DNA of 32,000 nt. Source: an archaeon. GTDB lineage: Archaea > Iainarchaeota > Iainarchaeia > Iainarchaeales > 1-14-0-10-31-34. The position numbers and the translations under genes were made by a program. The notes below the pieces were generated by a model. That model was not told the DNA's origin. It did not search any database and worked only from the letters and a program-made list of their open reading frames with translations. Each line of letters starts with the position of its first letter. The first letter of the stretch is position 1. Location of the stretch: NCBI GenBank assembly GCA_024277355.1, contig JAJRVL010000004.1:30001-62000 (forward strand), in the 5' to 3' direction. Positions 18,700 to 26,570 of this stretch are shown here, in pieces.

Positions 18700-19101
18700 A
18701 TGCCAAAAGCGAAAAAAAAGAAAACCTCAAGGAAAAAACCAGTAAAAAAAATAAAAAGAAAAACAACTAAACGAAAAACAGTCAAAAGAACAGCAAGACC
18801 AAAAACAGTTCCAAAGAAAAGCACTGAATTTCTTTCATCTGCTTTAAGAGAAATAGAACATCAATTAGACGCATTAAAAAGCCAGAAAAAAGCAATGGAA
18901 AGAGATTTATATCTGCTTGCATTGGATTTTAATGATACTCAAAACCAAGAAAATGAATTAAGAGACAAAATATCAAAATTAGTTCAGAAAGAATCAGAAT
19001 TATCAACTAAAAAAACTAATTTAAAAGTAGAAACACAGGAATTACAGGAAAAAATAAACAAAGTAACAAAAATCAACGCAGAAATGAAAGGAATGGAATA
19101 A
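18700..19101 (+). CDS. Lys-rich N-terminus plus long coiled coil, unknown function
   Basis: MPKAKKKKTSRKKPVKKIKRKTTKRKTVKRTARP then heptad-like ALREIEHQLDALKSQKKAMERDLYLLALDFNDTQNQENELRDKISKLV. SD ggggtga favours ATG 18700 over the 18667 start in the track. Confidence 0.6.
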   Translation: MPKAKKKKTSRKKPVKKIKRKTTKRKTVKRTARPKTVPKKSTEFLSSALREIEHQLDALKSQKKAMERDLYLLALDFNDTQNQENELRDKISKLVQKESELSTKKTNLKVETQELQEKINKVTKINAEMKGME

Positions 19102-19139
19102 AACTCATTTCTTCTTTTTCTTACTTTTATTTTTTTAAG

Positions 19140-19490
19140 TTATTTTTTCTTTCTTCTGAATAATTTTCTAATTCCATGGGGATTAACTGTTCTTTCAATA
19201 ATTTTTCCTGTTTTTATTTTTGTGGAAATTGTCGCATCAATTTTTCCTTTTTCAGTATAATTTCTAGTCATTACTTTTATTGGTTTGCTTGAGTCAGTAT
19301 TCATTTCTCGAAATTGTTCTTTTCTAATTCCATTTTTGCCCCAAACTTTGGTTATTTTTTTTCCAGAAGGTTTTTCTATTCGTTTAATAAACCCTCCAGA
19401 AGCACCAAGTTCAATATTTTTATGGGTTCCAAATTTTGCGTTTTTCATAGTTCTTTTTGTTAATTTTCTTTTCATTGGCATAATTGGCAT
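19140..19490 (-). CDS. Hypothetical basic protein
   Basis: 116-aa ORF, no overlap with better candidates. Confidence 0.4.
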   Translation of the reverse strand: MPIMPMKRKLTKRTMKNAKFGTHKNIELGASGGFIKRIEKPSGKKITKVWGKNGIRKEQFREMNTDSSKPIKVMTRNYTEKGKIDATISTKIKTGKIIERTVNPHGIRKLFRRKKK

Positions 19491-19541
19491 AAAATCACTA
19501 ACTAAGTAATTGCTTAGGCATTAATAAACTTTTGTTTTCAT

Positions 19542-20609
19542 TCAGGCATTTTCAATTAATTGTTTTTTAAATTGTTTTAAGTATTTTCTTGGAATTTTTC
19601 CTGCTGCAGCAGGGATATGCCCGCCTGCATTAGAGTCAGGAATGCCTTGAACACTTTTTTCTAGTAAGTCGTTTACTTTAACTTTAAAATCCTGTCTTCT
19701 TGCACTGAAATAAACATGCTCTTCGCCATAATCCTGCAATACAATCACAGTCTTATTTCTTAGTTTTTCTGAAATCCTGTTAATTATAACTGACTTAATT
19801 GAATGCTCTGAATTAATTTCAAAATAAATTAATTCTTTTTCAGGAAAAACTTCTTTTTTTTCTTCAAATTTTTCCATCCAAACTGAAACTTCTTTTTCAA
19901 GTTTTTCTAATTCAATTAATAAATCCTGTTTCATTAAATCTTCAGGTTTTTTAGCTGAAAGCAAAACATTAATTAAATCCTTTAATTTACTGTAATCCAT
20001 TACTTCAATTGCTTCAATTAATTCTGCTGCCTTAAACAACAAACTTTTTTTTACTTCTTTTTCAAGATTATATTTTTCTATTACGCCGTCAACAAAATCT
20101 TTCCATTCATTATAACCATTATCTCCAATTAATCCAATACAAGAAATCCAGTCTAAATCTTTTAAGTCAGTTAAATTAGAAAACAAATCAAAACTTAATT
20201 TTGATACAGGATACTTACTTCCATCAATTTCAGCAATATCTTGGCTTTTAATCATTAAAGTTTTATTTGAATCAATTAAATTGTATTTTTTATGATGGTC
20301 TAATACAAGCAGTTCACTAAATTTTTCTATTTCTTTTAAAGGTAGAGGATTTTGATCAACACTTAAATCAACTGTAATAACAAATTCAATGAAATTTTCT
20401 TTTAATTCTTTTAAAGTATTTTTAGTTAAAGTAATTTCTCCTGGATTCTGATGAAAAAGCATTGGCTTTTTTCCTGTAATTCTTTCTAAAGCCAGAACAG
20501 AAATTACTCCTGCACAAACTCCGTCAGGATCAGAATCATGAATAACACAAATCTTCTTGTTTTTGTTTTTAAGTATTTTTTCTTTAAATTCCATTATTTT
20601 TTCTTTCAT
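19542..20609 (-). CDS. DHH/DHHA1 family phosphoesterase
   Basis: VIHDSDPDGVCAGVI, VITVDLSV, LLVLDHHKKY, C-terminal SNAGGHIPAAAGKI glycine-rich DHHA1 motif. Confidence 0.88.
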   Translation of the reverse strand: MKEKIMEFKEKILKNKNKKICVIHDSDPDGVCAGVISVLALERITGKKPMLFHQNPGEITLTKNTLKELKENFIEFVITVDLSVDQNPLPLKEIEKFSELLVLDHHKKYNLIDSNKTLMIKSQDIAEIDGSKYPVSKLSFDLFSNLTDLKDLDWISCIGLIGDNGYNEWKDFVDGVIEKYNLEKEVKKSLLFKAAELIEAIEVMDYSKLKDLINVLLSAKKPEDLMKQDLLIELEKLEKEVSVWMEKFEEKKEVFPEKELIYFEINSEHSIKSVIINRISEKLRNKTVIVLQDYGEEHVYFSARRQDFKVKVNDLLEKSVQGIPDSNAGGHIPAAAGKIPRKYLKQFKKQLIENA

Positions 20610-20679
20610 GCTTTAATTAAAAATCAAAGAAAACATTAAAAAGAAGCTTTGTCTTATTGAATACTGAAAAGGTGATTTA

Positions 20680-20844
20680 ATGGGCTATAAACATAAAAAC
20701 AGCAAAGGAATAACTTATTTTTTGCATTCAAAAGGAAAACTTTATTTTTTCTCAAAAAAAGAAGAAGAATCAATTGATTTACCTGAAAACTTTCAGGTAA
20801 TTGAAAACCAAAAAACCGGTTTGCCAATGGTTAAAAGAAAATAA
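20680..20844 (+). CDS. Small conserved-looking protein (54 aa: MGYKHKNSKGITYFLHSKGKLYFFSKKEEESIDLPENFQVIENQKTGLPMVKRK)
   Basis: Manual translation; SD aaaaggtgatttaATG. Sits between divergent DHH and downstream peptidase genes. Absent from the track due to length. Confidence 0.7.
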   Translation: MGYKHKNSKGITYFLHSKGKLYFFSKKEEESIDLPENFQVIENQKTGLPMVKRK

Positions 20845-20862
20845 TTTATTCAGTGAGTTAAA

Positions 20863-21939
20863 TTGAAAAACAAAATAAAAGAATTATTTTCAAAAACAAA
20901 ATGCAATACAATAATTATCAGAAATTTCTCTAATTTTTCTGACCCGCATTTTTTTTATTTCACTCAATTAAGCAGAGAAACATATGAAAACAATTTTTTA
21001 ATTCTAAATAAAAACAAAAAACCATTAATAATTTGTTCTTCGTTGGAAGGAGCAGGAATTCCTGAAACAAAAAATTATTCAGTTAAAGTAATTTCAAATA
21101 ACAAAGATTTTGTTAAAACACTGAAAACAGCAACAAAAAGCAAAATAATTGGATTAAATTTTGAAGTATTTCCATTAAATGCATTAAAACGACTAAAAAA
21201 AATTCTCAAAGGAAAAAAATTCATTGACGTTTCAAAAGAATTAGAAGAAATCAGAAGCATTAAAACAAAACAAGAAATACAAAAAATACAAACTGCCTGT
21301 AAAATAACAGAACAAGTTTTTTCTCAAATAAAAGAATTATTTAAACCAGGAATGACTGAATTAGAGTTAGCAGCAGAATTAGAATTTACTGCAAAAAAAC
21401 TTGGAGCAGAAAATCTTTCTTTTCCAATTATTGTTGCTTCAGGAAAAAATTCAGCCGTGCCACACCATAATACTTCAGATAAAAAAATCAAAAAAAATGA
21501 ATTAATTTTAATTGACTTTGGAGTTAAATACAAAAATTACTGTTCTGATTTAACCAGAATGTTTTTTTCAGGCAAAACTCCTGTTTTTTTAAATAAACTT
21601 TATTCTGAAGTCATGGAAGCAAAAACTTCAGCTGAAAAAGAATTAAAAGCAGAAAAAAATTATTCTCTTGCATTTGAAAAAGCAAATAATATTATTCAAA
21701 AAAATTTAGGTCAAAAATTAATGCACGATATTGGTCATGGATTAGGATTAGAAGTCCATGATTTTCCTAAAAAAAACTTTGGCGACAAATTTATTTTAAA
21801 AAAAAATATGGTTTTAACTATTGAACCAGGCTATTACAATAAAAAAATTGCAGGAATCAGAATTGAAGATGACTATTTAATTACAGAAAAAGGATTCAAA
21901 AAACTGTCTAATGCACCAAAGAAAATCCTTGAAATTTAA
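20863..21939 (+). CDS. M24 family (Xaa-Pro) aminopeptidase
   Basis: FPIIVASGKNSAVPHHNTSDKKI, ILIDFGVKYKNYCSDLTRMFF, DIGHGLGLEVHD, VLTIEPGYY, GIRIEDDYLITEKG. TTG start. Confidence 0.9.
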   Translation: MKNKIKELFSKTKCNTIIIRNFSNFSDPHFFYFTQLSRETYENNFLILNKNKKPLIICSSLEGAGIPETKNYSVKVISNNKDFVKTLKTATKSKIIGLNFEVFPLNALKRLKKILKGKKFIDVSKELEEIRSIKTKQEIQKIQTACKITEQVFSQIKELFKPGMTELELAAELEFTAKKLGAENLSFPIIVASGKNSAVPHHNTSDKKIKKNELILIDFGVKYKNYCSDLTRMFFSGKTPVFLNKLYSEVMEAKTSAEKELKAEKNYSLAFEKANNIIQKNLGQKLMHDIGHGLGLEVHDFPKKNFGDKFILKKNMVLTIEPGYYNKKIAGIRIEDDYLITEKGFKKLSNAPKKILEI

Positions 21940-21987
21940 AGCATAACTGGTTATATAAGAAAAAACACTATTTTGTATAGTGATAAA

Positions 21988-22281
21988 ATGCCTGTTCCAA
22001 AAAAACCAGTTAGAAGAAAAAGAAACATGAATAAAAATTATAAGTTAAAGGTTGTTGCTAATCATAATTTCACAAAAAAAGAATTTACTTTTTTTAATGA
22101 AAGAAACTTAAAAAATGGCCAGATTATTTCAAGACAAGGTCCTGAAAGAAGAAAACTAAAAACTCCAGTTGATTTAACTAACTTTCAAACAGGTCAGACG
22201 GTAGTTAAAGGTGCTGCAAAACAAATATTTGAAAACAAAGGAATTCAGGCAAGAAAATCAAGAAAAACAAAAAGAAAATGA
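21988..22281 (+). CDS. Hypothetical small basic protein
   Basis: MPVPKKPVRRKRNMNKNYKLKVV...; SD gtgataaaATG supports the internal start at 21988 rather than 21973. Confidence 0.55.
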   Translation: MPVPKKPVRRKRNMNKNYKLKVVANHNFTKKEFTFFNERNLKNGQIISRQGPERRKLKTPVDLTNFQTGQTVVKGAAKQIFENKGIQARKSRKTKRK

Positions 22282-22323
22282 AATTTAATTCCTTTTTTAT
22301 TTATTTTCTAACCATAATTTTTT

Positions 22324-23112
22324 ATGACTTTCCACTTAGCTGAAGCAAAAGACAAAATTAATGCATCGCTTAACTCTGACAAAATGTTAATTGTAATAGG
22401 AGAATGCTTTGTGCAGTACCAAGGAAGAGCAGGAAGTAAATTACCAAAAGGAAAAAGAATGCTTTTAGTTAAAGGAGATAAAAGTTTTGCTATTCATCAA
22501 AACACTAAATTAAGGCCGATTAATTATATGATGAATGCATCAGCTTCAGTTGAATTAAATTCAGAAAAAAAAGCTTTAGTTATTTCAGCTGTAAAAAGAA
22601 AACCAAAAGAAAAATTAGATGTATTTTTTTATTCAGTTGATTTTGTTGAATCATTTGAAATTGAAGGAGAAAAAGAAATAAGATTATTTGGTTCTGAAAG
22701 AGAATTAAGTGATTTATTAATGGAAGATTTATCAGTTTTAGAAAAAGGAATGACTGCATTAAAAAAAGAAGTTCCATTAAGAAAAGGAGTAATAGATATT
22801 TTTGCTGAAGACAAAGACAAAAATCCTGTTGTAATTGAAGTTAAAAGAAGAAAAGCAGATTTAAATTCAGTCAGGCAATTGCACAGTTATATGCAGCAAG
22901 TTGAATTATTAAAAGGAAAAAAAACAAGAGGAATAATTTGTGCACCAGACATCGGAAAACCTACAAGGGAATTACTGGAAAAATATGGTTTAGAATACTG
23001 CAAATTAGATTATGAAATTAGTAATCCTCATGCAGAAATTAAAGGATTACAAAAAAAACAAAGCACTTTATTTGAACAGTTTTTAAAACCAAAGCCAGCT
23101 AAAAATAAATAA
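22324..23112 (+). CDS. nucS: NucS/EndoMS mismatch endonuclease
   Basis: GECFVQYQGRAGSKLPKGKRMLLVKGDKSFAIHQNTKLRPINYMM, catalytic GVIDIFAEDKDKNPVVIEVKRRKADLNSVRQLHSYMQ. C-terminal QSTLFEQF is PIP-box-like. Confidence 0.92.
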   Translation: MTFHLAEAKDKINASLNSDKMLIVIGECFVQYQGRAGSKLPKGKRMLLVKGDKSFAIHQNTKLRPINYMMNASASVELNSEKKALVISAVKRKPKEKLDVFFYSVDFVESFEIEGEKEIRLFGSERELSDLLMEDLSVLEKGMTALKKEVPLRKGVIDIFAEDKDKNPVVIEVKRRKADLNSVRQLHSYMQQVELLKGKKTRGIICAPDIGKPTRELLEKYGLEYCKLDYEISNPHAEIKGLQKKQSTLFEQFLKPKPAKNK

Positions 23113-23123
23113 GAGGAATAAAA

Positions 23124-24416
23124 ATGAAAATATTATTAATTGGAAGTACGGCAAGAGCTGACTGCATTGCAGAAGCAATAATAAACAGCAAAACAAAACC
23201 GGAATTATATGCAGTAATGCCTTTGCTTAATCCAGGAGTAAAACAAAAAGCAAAAGAATTAATTGTCCATTCAGTAATGGATTTTAATTTTATTTTAAGT
23301 TATGCGGAAAAAATTAATCCTGATTTTGTTTTTGTTGCACCAGATGATCCAATCGCAGAAGGATTAGTTAATGAATTAGAAAAAATTGGAATAAAAAGTT
23401 TTGGTCCAAAAAAAGAAGTTGCAAGAATTGAATCAAGCAAAAGTTTTGCAAGAGAATTACTTAAAAAACATGAAATAGAAGGACTTCCAAAATTCAAAGT
23501 TTTTTCAGATAAAAAAGGCATAAAAGAATTTGCTGAATCTTTAAAAGAAATTGTAGTTAAACCTGATGGTTTAACTGGCGGAAAAGGAGTTCAAGTTCAA
23601 GGAGATCATTTTGATTCAATTGAACAAGGATTAAATTATGCTGACTTAATATTAGAAAAAGGAAAAGTAATAATTGAAGAAAAACTTAAAGGCGAAGAAT
23701 TTTCACTTCAATCATTTTGTGATGGAAAAACAGTTTTAGACTGCATTCCAGTCCAAGACCATAAAAGAGCTTTTGAAAATGATTCAGGACCAAATACAGG
23801 GGGAATGGGTTCTTATTCAATGGAAAATGGACTGCTTCCATTCCTAAAAAAAGAACACTTAGAACAAGCACATAAAATAACAGAAAAAGTTGCTTTGGCT
23901 TTGAAAAAAGAAACAGGAATTGAATTCAAAGGAATTTTATATGGTGGATTTATGTTAACTAAAAAAGAAGTTAAATTAATTGAATTTAATGCAAGATTTG
24001 GAGATCCTGAAGTACTAAATGTTTTGCCTTTGCTTAAAACAGATTTTGTTGAAGTCTGTCAAAGAGTAATTAACGGCACATTAAATGAAATTTCATTGGA
24101 ATTTGAATCAAAAGCTTCAGTATGCAAATATGTTGTTCCTAAAGGTTATCCAGTTAATTCAGTTAAAAATGCTTTAATTGAATTTAAAGAAACTAAAACA
24201 AAACATTATTTTGGAGCAATAAAAGAAAAAAACGGGAATTATTTAATGACTGGTTCAAGGGCAATGGCTTTTATTGGAATAGGAGAAACACTGAGTAAAG
24301 CAGAAGAAATCTCACAAAAAGCAGTTGAATCAGTTAAAGGCAGAATATTTTACCGAAAAGACATTGGAACAAAAGCTTTAATCCAGAAAAGAATTGATCA
24401 TATAGCTAATGTTTAA
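23124..24416 (+). CDS. purD: Phosphoribosylamine--glycine ligase
   Basis: MKILLIGSTARADCIAEAI, VVKPDGLTGGKGVQVQGDHF, PNTGGMGSYS, LIEFNARFGDPEVLNVLPLLKTDF. Confidence 0.95.
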   Translation: MKILLIGSTARADCIAEAIINSKTKPELYAVMPLLNPGVKQKAKELIVHSVMDFNFILSYAEKINPDFVFVAPDDPIAEGLVNELEKIGIKSFGPKKEVARIESSKSFARELLKKHEIEGLPKFKVFSDKKGIKEFAESLKEIVVKPDGLTGGKGVQVQGDHFDSIEQGLNYADLILEKGKVIIEEKLKGEEFSLQSFCDGKTVLDCIPVQDHKRAFENDSGPNTGGMGSYSMENGLLPFLKKEHLEQAHKITEKVALALKKETGIEFKGILYGGFMLTKKEVKLIEFNARFGDPEVLNVLPLLKTDFVEVCQRVINGTLNEISLEFESKASVCKYVVPKGYPVNSVKNALIEFKETKTKHYFGAIKEKNGNYLMTGSRAMAFIGIGETLSKAEEISQKAVESVKGRIFYRKDIGTKALIQKRIDHIANV

Positions 24417-24467
24417 TGAAATAATAAAACTTATTAACCTCTTTATTCCTAATTATAACTGATTAAA

Positions 24468-24656
24468 ATGATGGGTAAATGTAAAAGATGCGATAAAAGA
24501 GATGAATTAAAAGGCGGTTTATGTGAAGACTGCAATGAAGAAGAAGCAGTAAAAAACCTTCCAACTAATAAACCAAAAGAAAAATTATCTAAAGAAGAAA
24601 TAGAAAATGAAATAGCAGAAAAAAGAAGAGATAAAAAGTTCTGGACGAACTTTTAA
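24468..24656 (+). CDS. Small zinc-ribbon plus charged-helix protein
   Basis: CKRCDKRDELKGGLCEDCNEEEA; SD-like spacing upstream. Confidence 0.5.
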   Translation: MMGKCKRCDKRDELKGGLCEDCNEEEAVKNLPTNKPKEKLSKEEIENEIAEKRRDKKFWTNF

Positions 24657-24793
24657 TGCTTTTTACCATTTTCTAAATGGCTTAATCTAACGTTAAGATC
24701 GATTTGAGCATTTTGTAAATCCCTTAACTTTTTGTTTAATCCTTCGATTTTTTCATTTAACATAACAGTTTGTTTGACAACTCCAACAGGCAT
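24653..24793 (-). CDS. Small coiled-coil protein (46 aa: MPVGVVKQTVMLNEKIEGLNKKLRDLQNAQIDLNVRLSHLENGKKH)
   Basis: Manual translation. GGGGGA SD (tatagggggaatttattATG). Stop codon interlocks with the stop of the + strand gene. Confidence 0.6.
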   Translation of the reverse strand: MPVGVVKQTVMLNEKIEGLNKKLRDLQNAQIDLNVRLSHLENGKKH

Positions 24794-24902
24794 AATAAAT
24801 TCCCCCTATATAGTTATAAAGTGAAGTTATAATAAAGGGGAGTATTTTCAGCTATTTTTCCCAAAGGTTTAAATAATTTTTCTAAAAAGAATTAATGAAT
24901 TT

Positions 24903-25328
24903 ATGACAAAAAACAAAACAAAATTAAAACCTAAAAAGGCAAATAAATCAGTTAAACAAAAGAAACCAGTTAAAGCTAAATCAAACAAAGCTAAATCTGG
25001 AATTAAAGCTAAAAAAATTCATGCAAAAAAAACAAAACCTGTTTTAAAGAAAAAAATTAAACTAACAGCAAAGAAAAAAGTATTAACTAAAAAATCAGTA
25101 AAAAAAACTAAAATAAAAGAAAATAGTCTTGTAAAGAAAAAAACAATTAAATTTAAACCAGCAAAAGAAGAATTAAAAAAAGAAGAAAAGAAAGAAAGAA
25201 AAACTTTTAAAAGAAAGCATGGAAAAATTAAGTTTTTTGAAGAAGAAGCTGATTCAGATAACTTTTTTTCAGGAGACTTTCAGAGAATTGACAGAGATTT
25301 ATCTTTTGATTCTGATTCAGATTACTGA
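24903..25328 (+). CDS. Lys-rich protein with acidic/aromatic C-terminal tail
   Basis: MTKNKTKLKPKKANKSVKQKKPVKAK...EEEADSDNFFSGDFQRIDRDLSFDSDSDY; TATA-like tttaaataa about 30 nt upstream. Confidence 0.55.
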   Translation: MTKNKTKLKPKKANKSVKQKKPVKAKSNKAKSGIKAKKIHAKKTKPVLKKKIKLTAKKKVLTKKSVKKTKIKENSLVKKKTIKFKPAKEELKKEEKKERKTFKRKHGKIKFFEEEADSDNFFSGDFQRIDRDLSFDSDSDY

Positions 25329-25370
25329 TAACTTAAACTTTATAAAGTTCTAATTCTATTGTTTTTTTGA

Positions 25371-26570
25371 ATGAAAAAAATAAAATTAACTAAACTTAGG
25401 AAAACCACTTATAAAAGAAAAAATTTTGGGAAAACTCGTATTCAAATAAGAAAAGAGTTATGTGACCCAAATACAGCTGGAGCAAATAAAGCGGTTGTAA
25501 ACTCATTATTATTTAAATATCCTACTGTATCTTCTATTAAGTTAGCTGAACTATTAAGTAAAAAAGGAATTGCAATTTCGCCTATTACTTTAAGAACTAA
25601 AAAAAATCGCTGGATTAAAGAAGGACTTTTAGTTATTTCTAAAAATAGAACTAATTTATATAAAGAAATTCCTGAGTTAGTCAAAGAAGTAGAACTCACT
25701 GATATGGCTAAACTAAAAAAGTTTTTACTTGAAAGTGAAGGGAAAAAAAACTTTAAAGAAATAGCAAGAGAAACAAATGTTAATAACGAAGCTAAAGTAG
25801 CTGGTGCTGTTAAAACTTTAAGAAAAGAAGCAAATCTTATGCATCAACAACTTGCAGATATGCGAAATAAACTAAAAGAACTAAAAAAAGTAAATGCTTC
25901 ATCTGAAGAAATAAAAGGATTAGAAGATAAAATAAAAAGATTTAATTGGGGGCATAAAACAAAAGAAGGATTTGAGCGTTCAATAGAAGACTTTGAACTT
26001 AAAAATAAAAAACAAGGACGCAAAACAAATTCTATTCCTGAATTAAGTGAAAGACAACAGAATCGTCTGGAAAACGTAAAATTAGACATTACAAATGCAA
26101 TTAGAATAACAAAAAGAAAATATAAATGGAATCCTGAAACTAGTGCTGAATTTACTGGGGAAGTTAATCGATTAATGCCTAGCTGGATTATAGGGCATGA
26201 AAAATATGAGGCAAAATGTAAAAAAGAAAAAATACCAAAAAATAGAATTAGAAGTTTAAAGAATCATATTTATGAAAAAGTCAAAAAAATAGCATTGGGT
26301 TTTCTTATTAAAATTATGTCAAGAACGCATGGATTAAAATTTAAACAATCACAAAATCTTATTGCTTTATTAAGACAATTAAGAGAAAGAAGAATAGATA
26401 TAAGAAAAACAGATTTAAAAAATATTGATTTAAAAGAAATAGTTAATGCTGTAAGAAAATATAAATCATATTCTAAACTTACTTTAATTGAAGCAGAACA
26501 CTTACTGGAAAATCATCAAGCTTATCTGCTTCGCTTAACTAATAATAGTTTTGAAAGAAGAGACACTTAA
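25371..26570 (+). CDS. Unknown 399-aa basic protein with several HTH-like helical segments
   Basis: Single long ORF. Helical segments include TVSSIKLAELLSKKGIAISPITLRTKKNRWIKEGLLV, NFKEIARETNVNNEAKVAGAVKTLRKEA and a long coiled segment. No family recognised. Confidence 0.6.
   Translation: MKKIKLTKLRKTTYKRKNFGKTRIQIRKELCDPNTAGANKAVVNSLLFKYPTVSSIKLAELLSKKGIAISPITLRTKKNRWIKEGLLVISKNRTNLYKEIPELVKEVELTDMAKLKKFLLESEGKKNFKEIARETNVNNEAKVAGAVKTLRKEANLMHQQLADMRNKLKELKKVNASSEEIKGLEDKIKRFNWGHKTKEGFERSIEDFELKNKKQGRKTNSIPELSERQQNRLENVKLDITNAIRITKRKYKWNPETSAEFTGEVNRLMPSWIIGHEKYEAKCKKEKIPKNRIRSLKNHIYEKVKKIALGFLIKIMSRTHGLKFKQSQNLIALLRQLRERRIDIRKTDLKNIDLKEIVNAVRKYKSYSKLTLIEAEHLLENHQAYLLRLTNNSFERRDT

Noticed and set aside
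18094-18824. Minus-strand ORFs opposite the KaiC-like and Lys-rich genes
   Set aside because: Phe/Val-rich complement of Lys-rich coding sequence.
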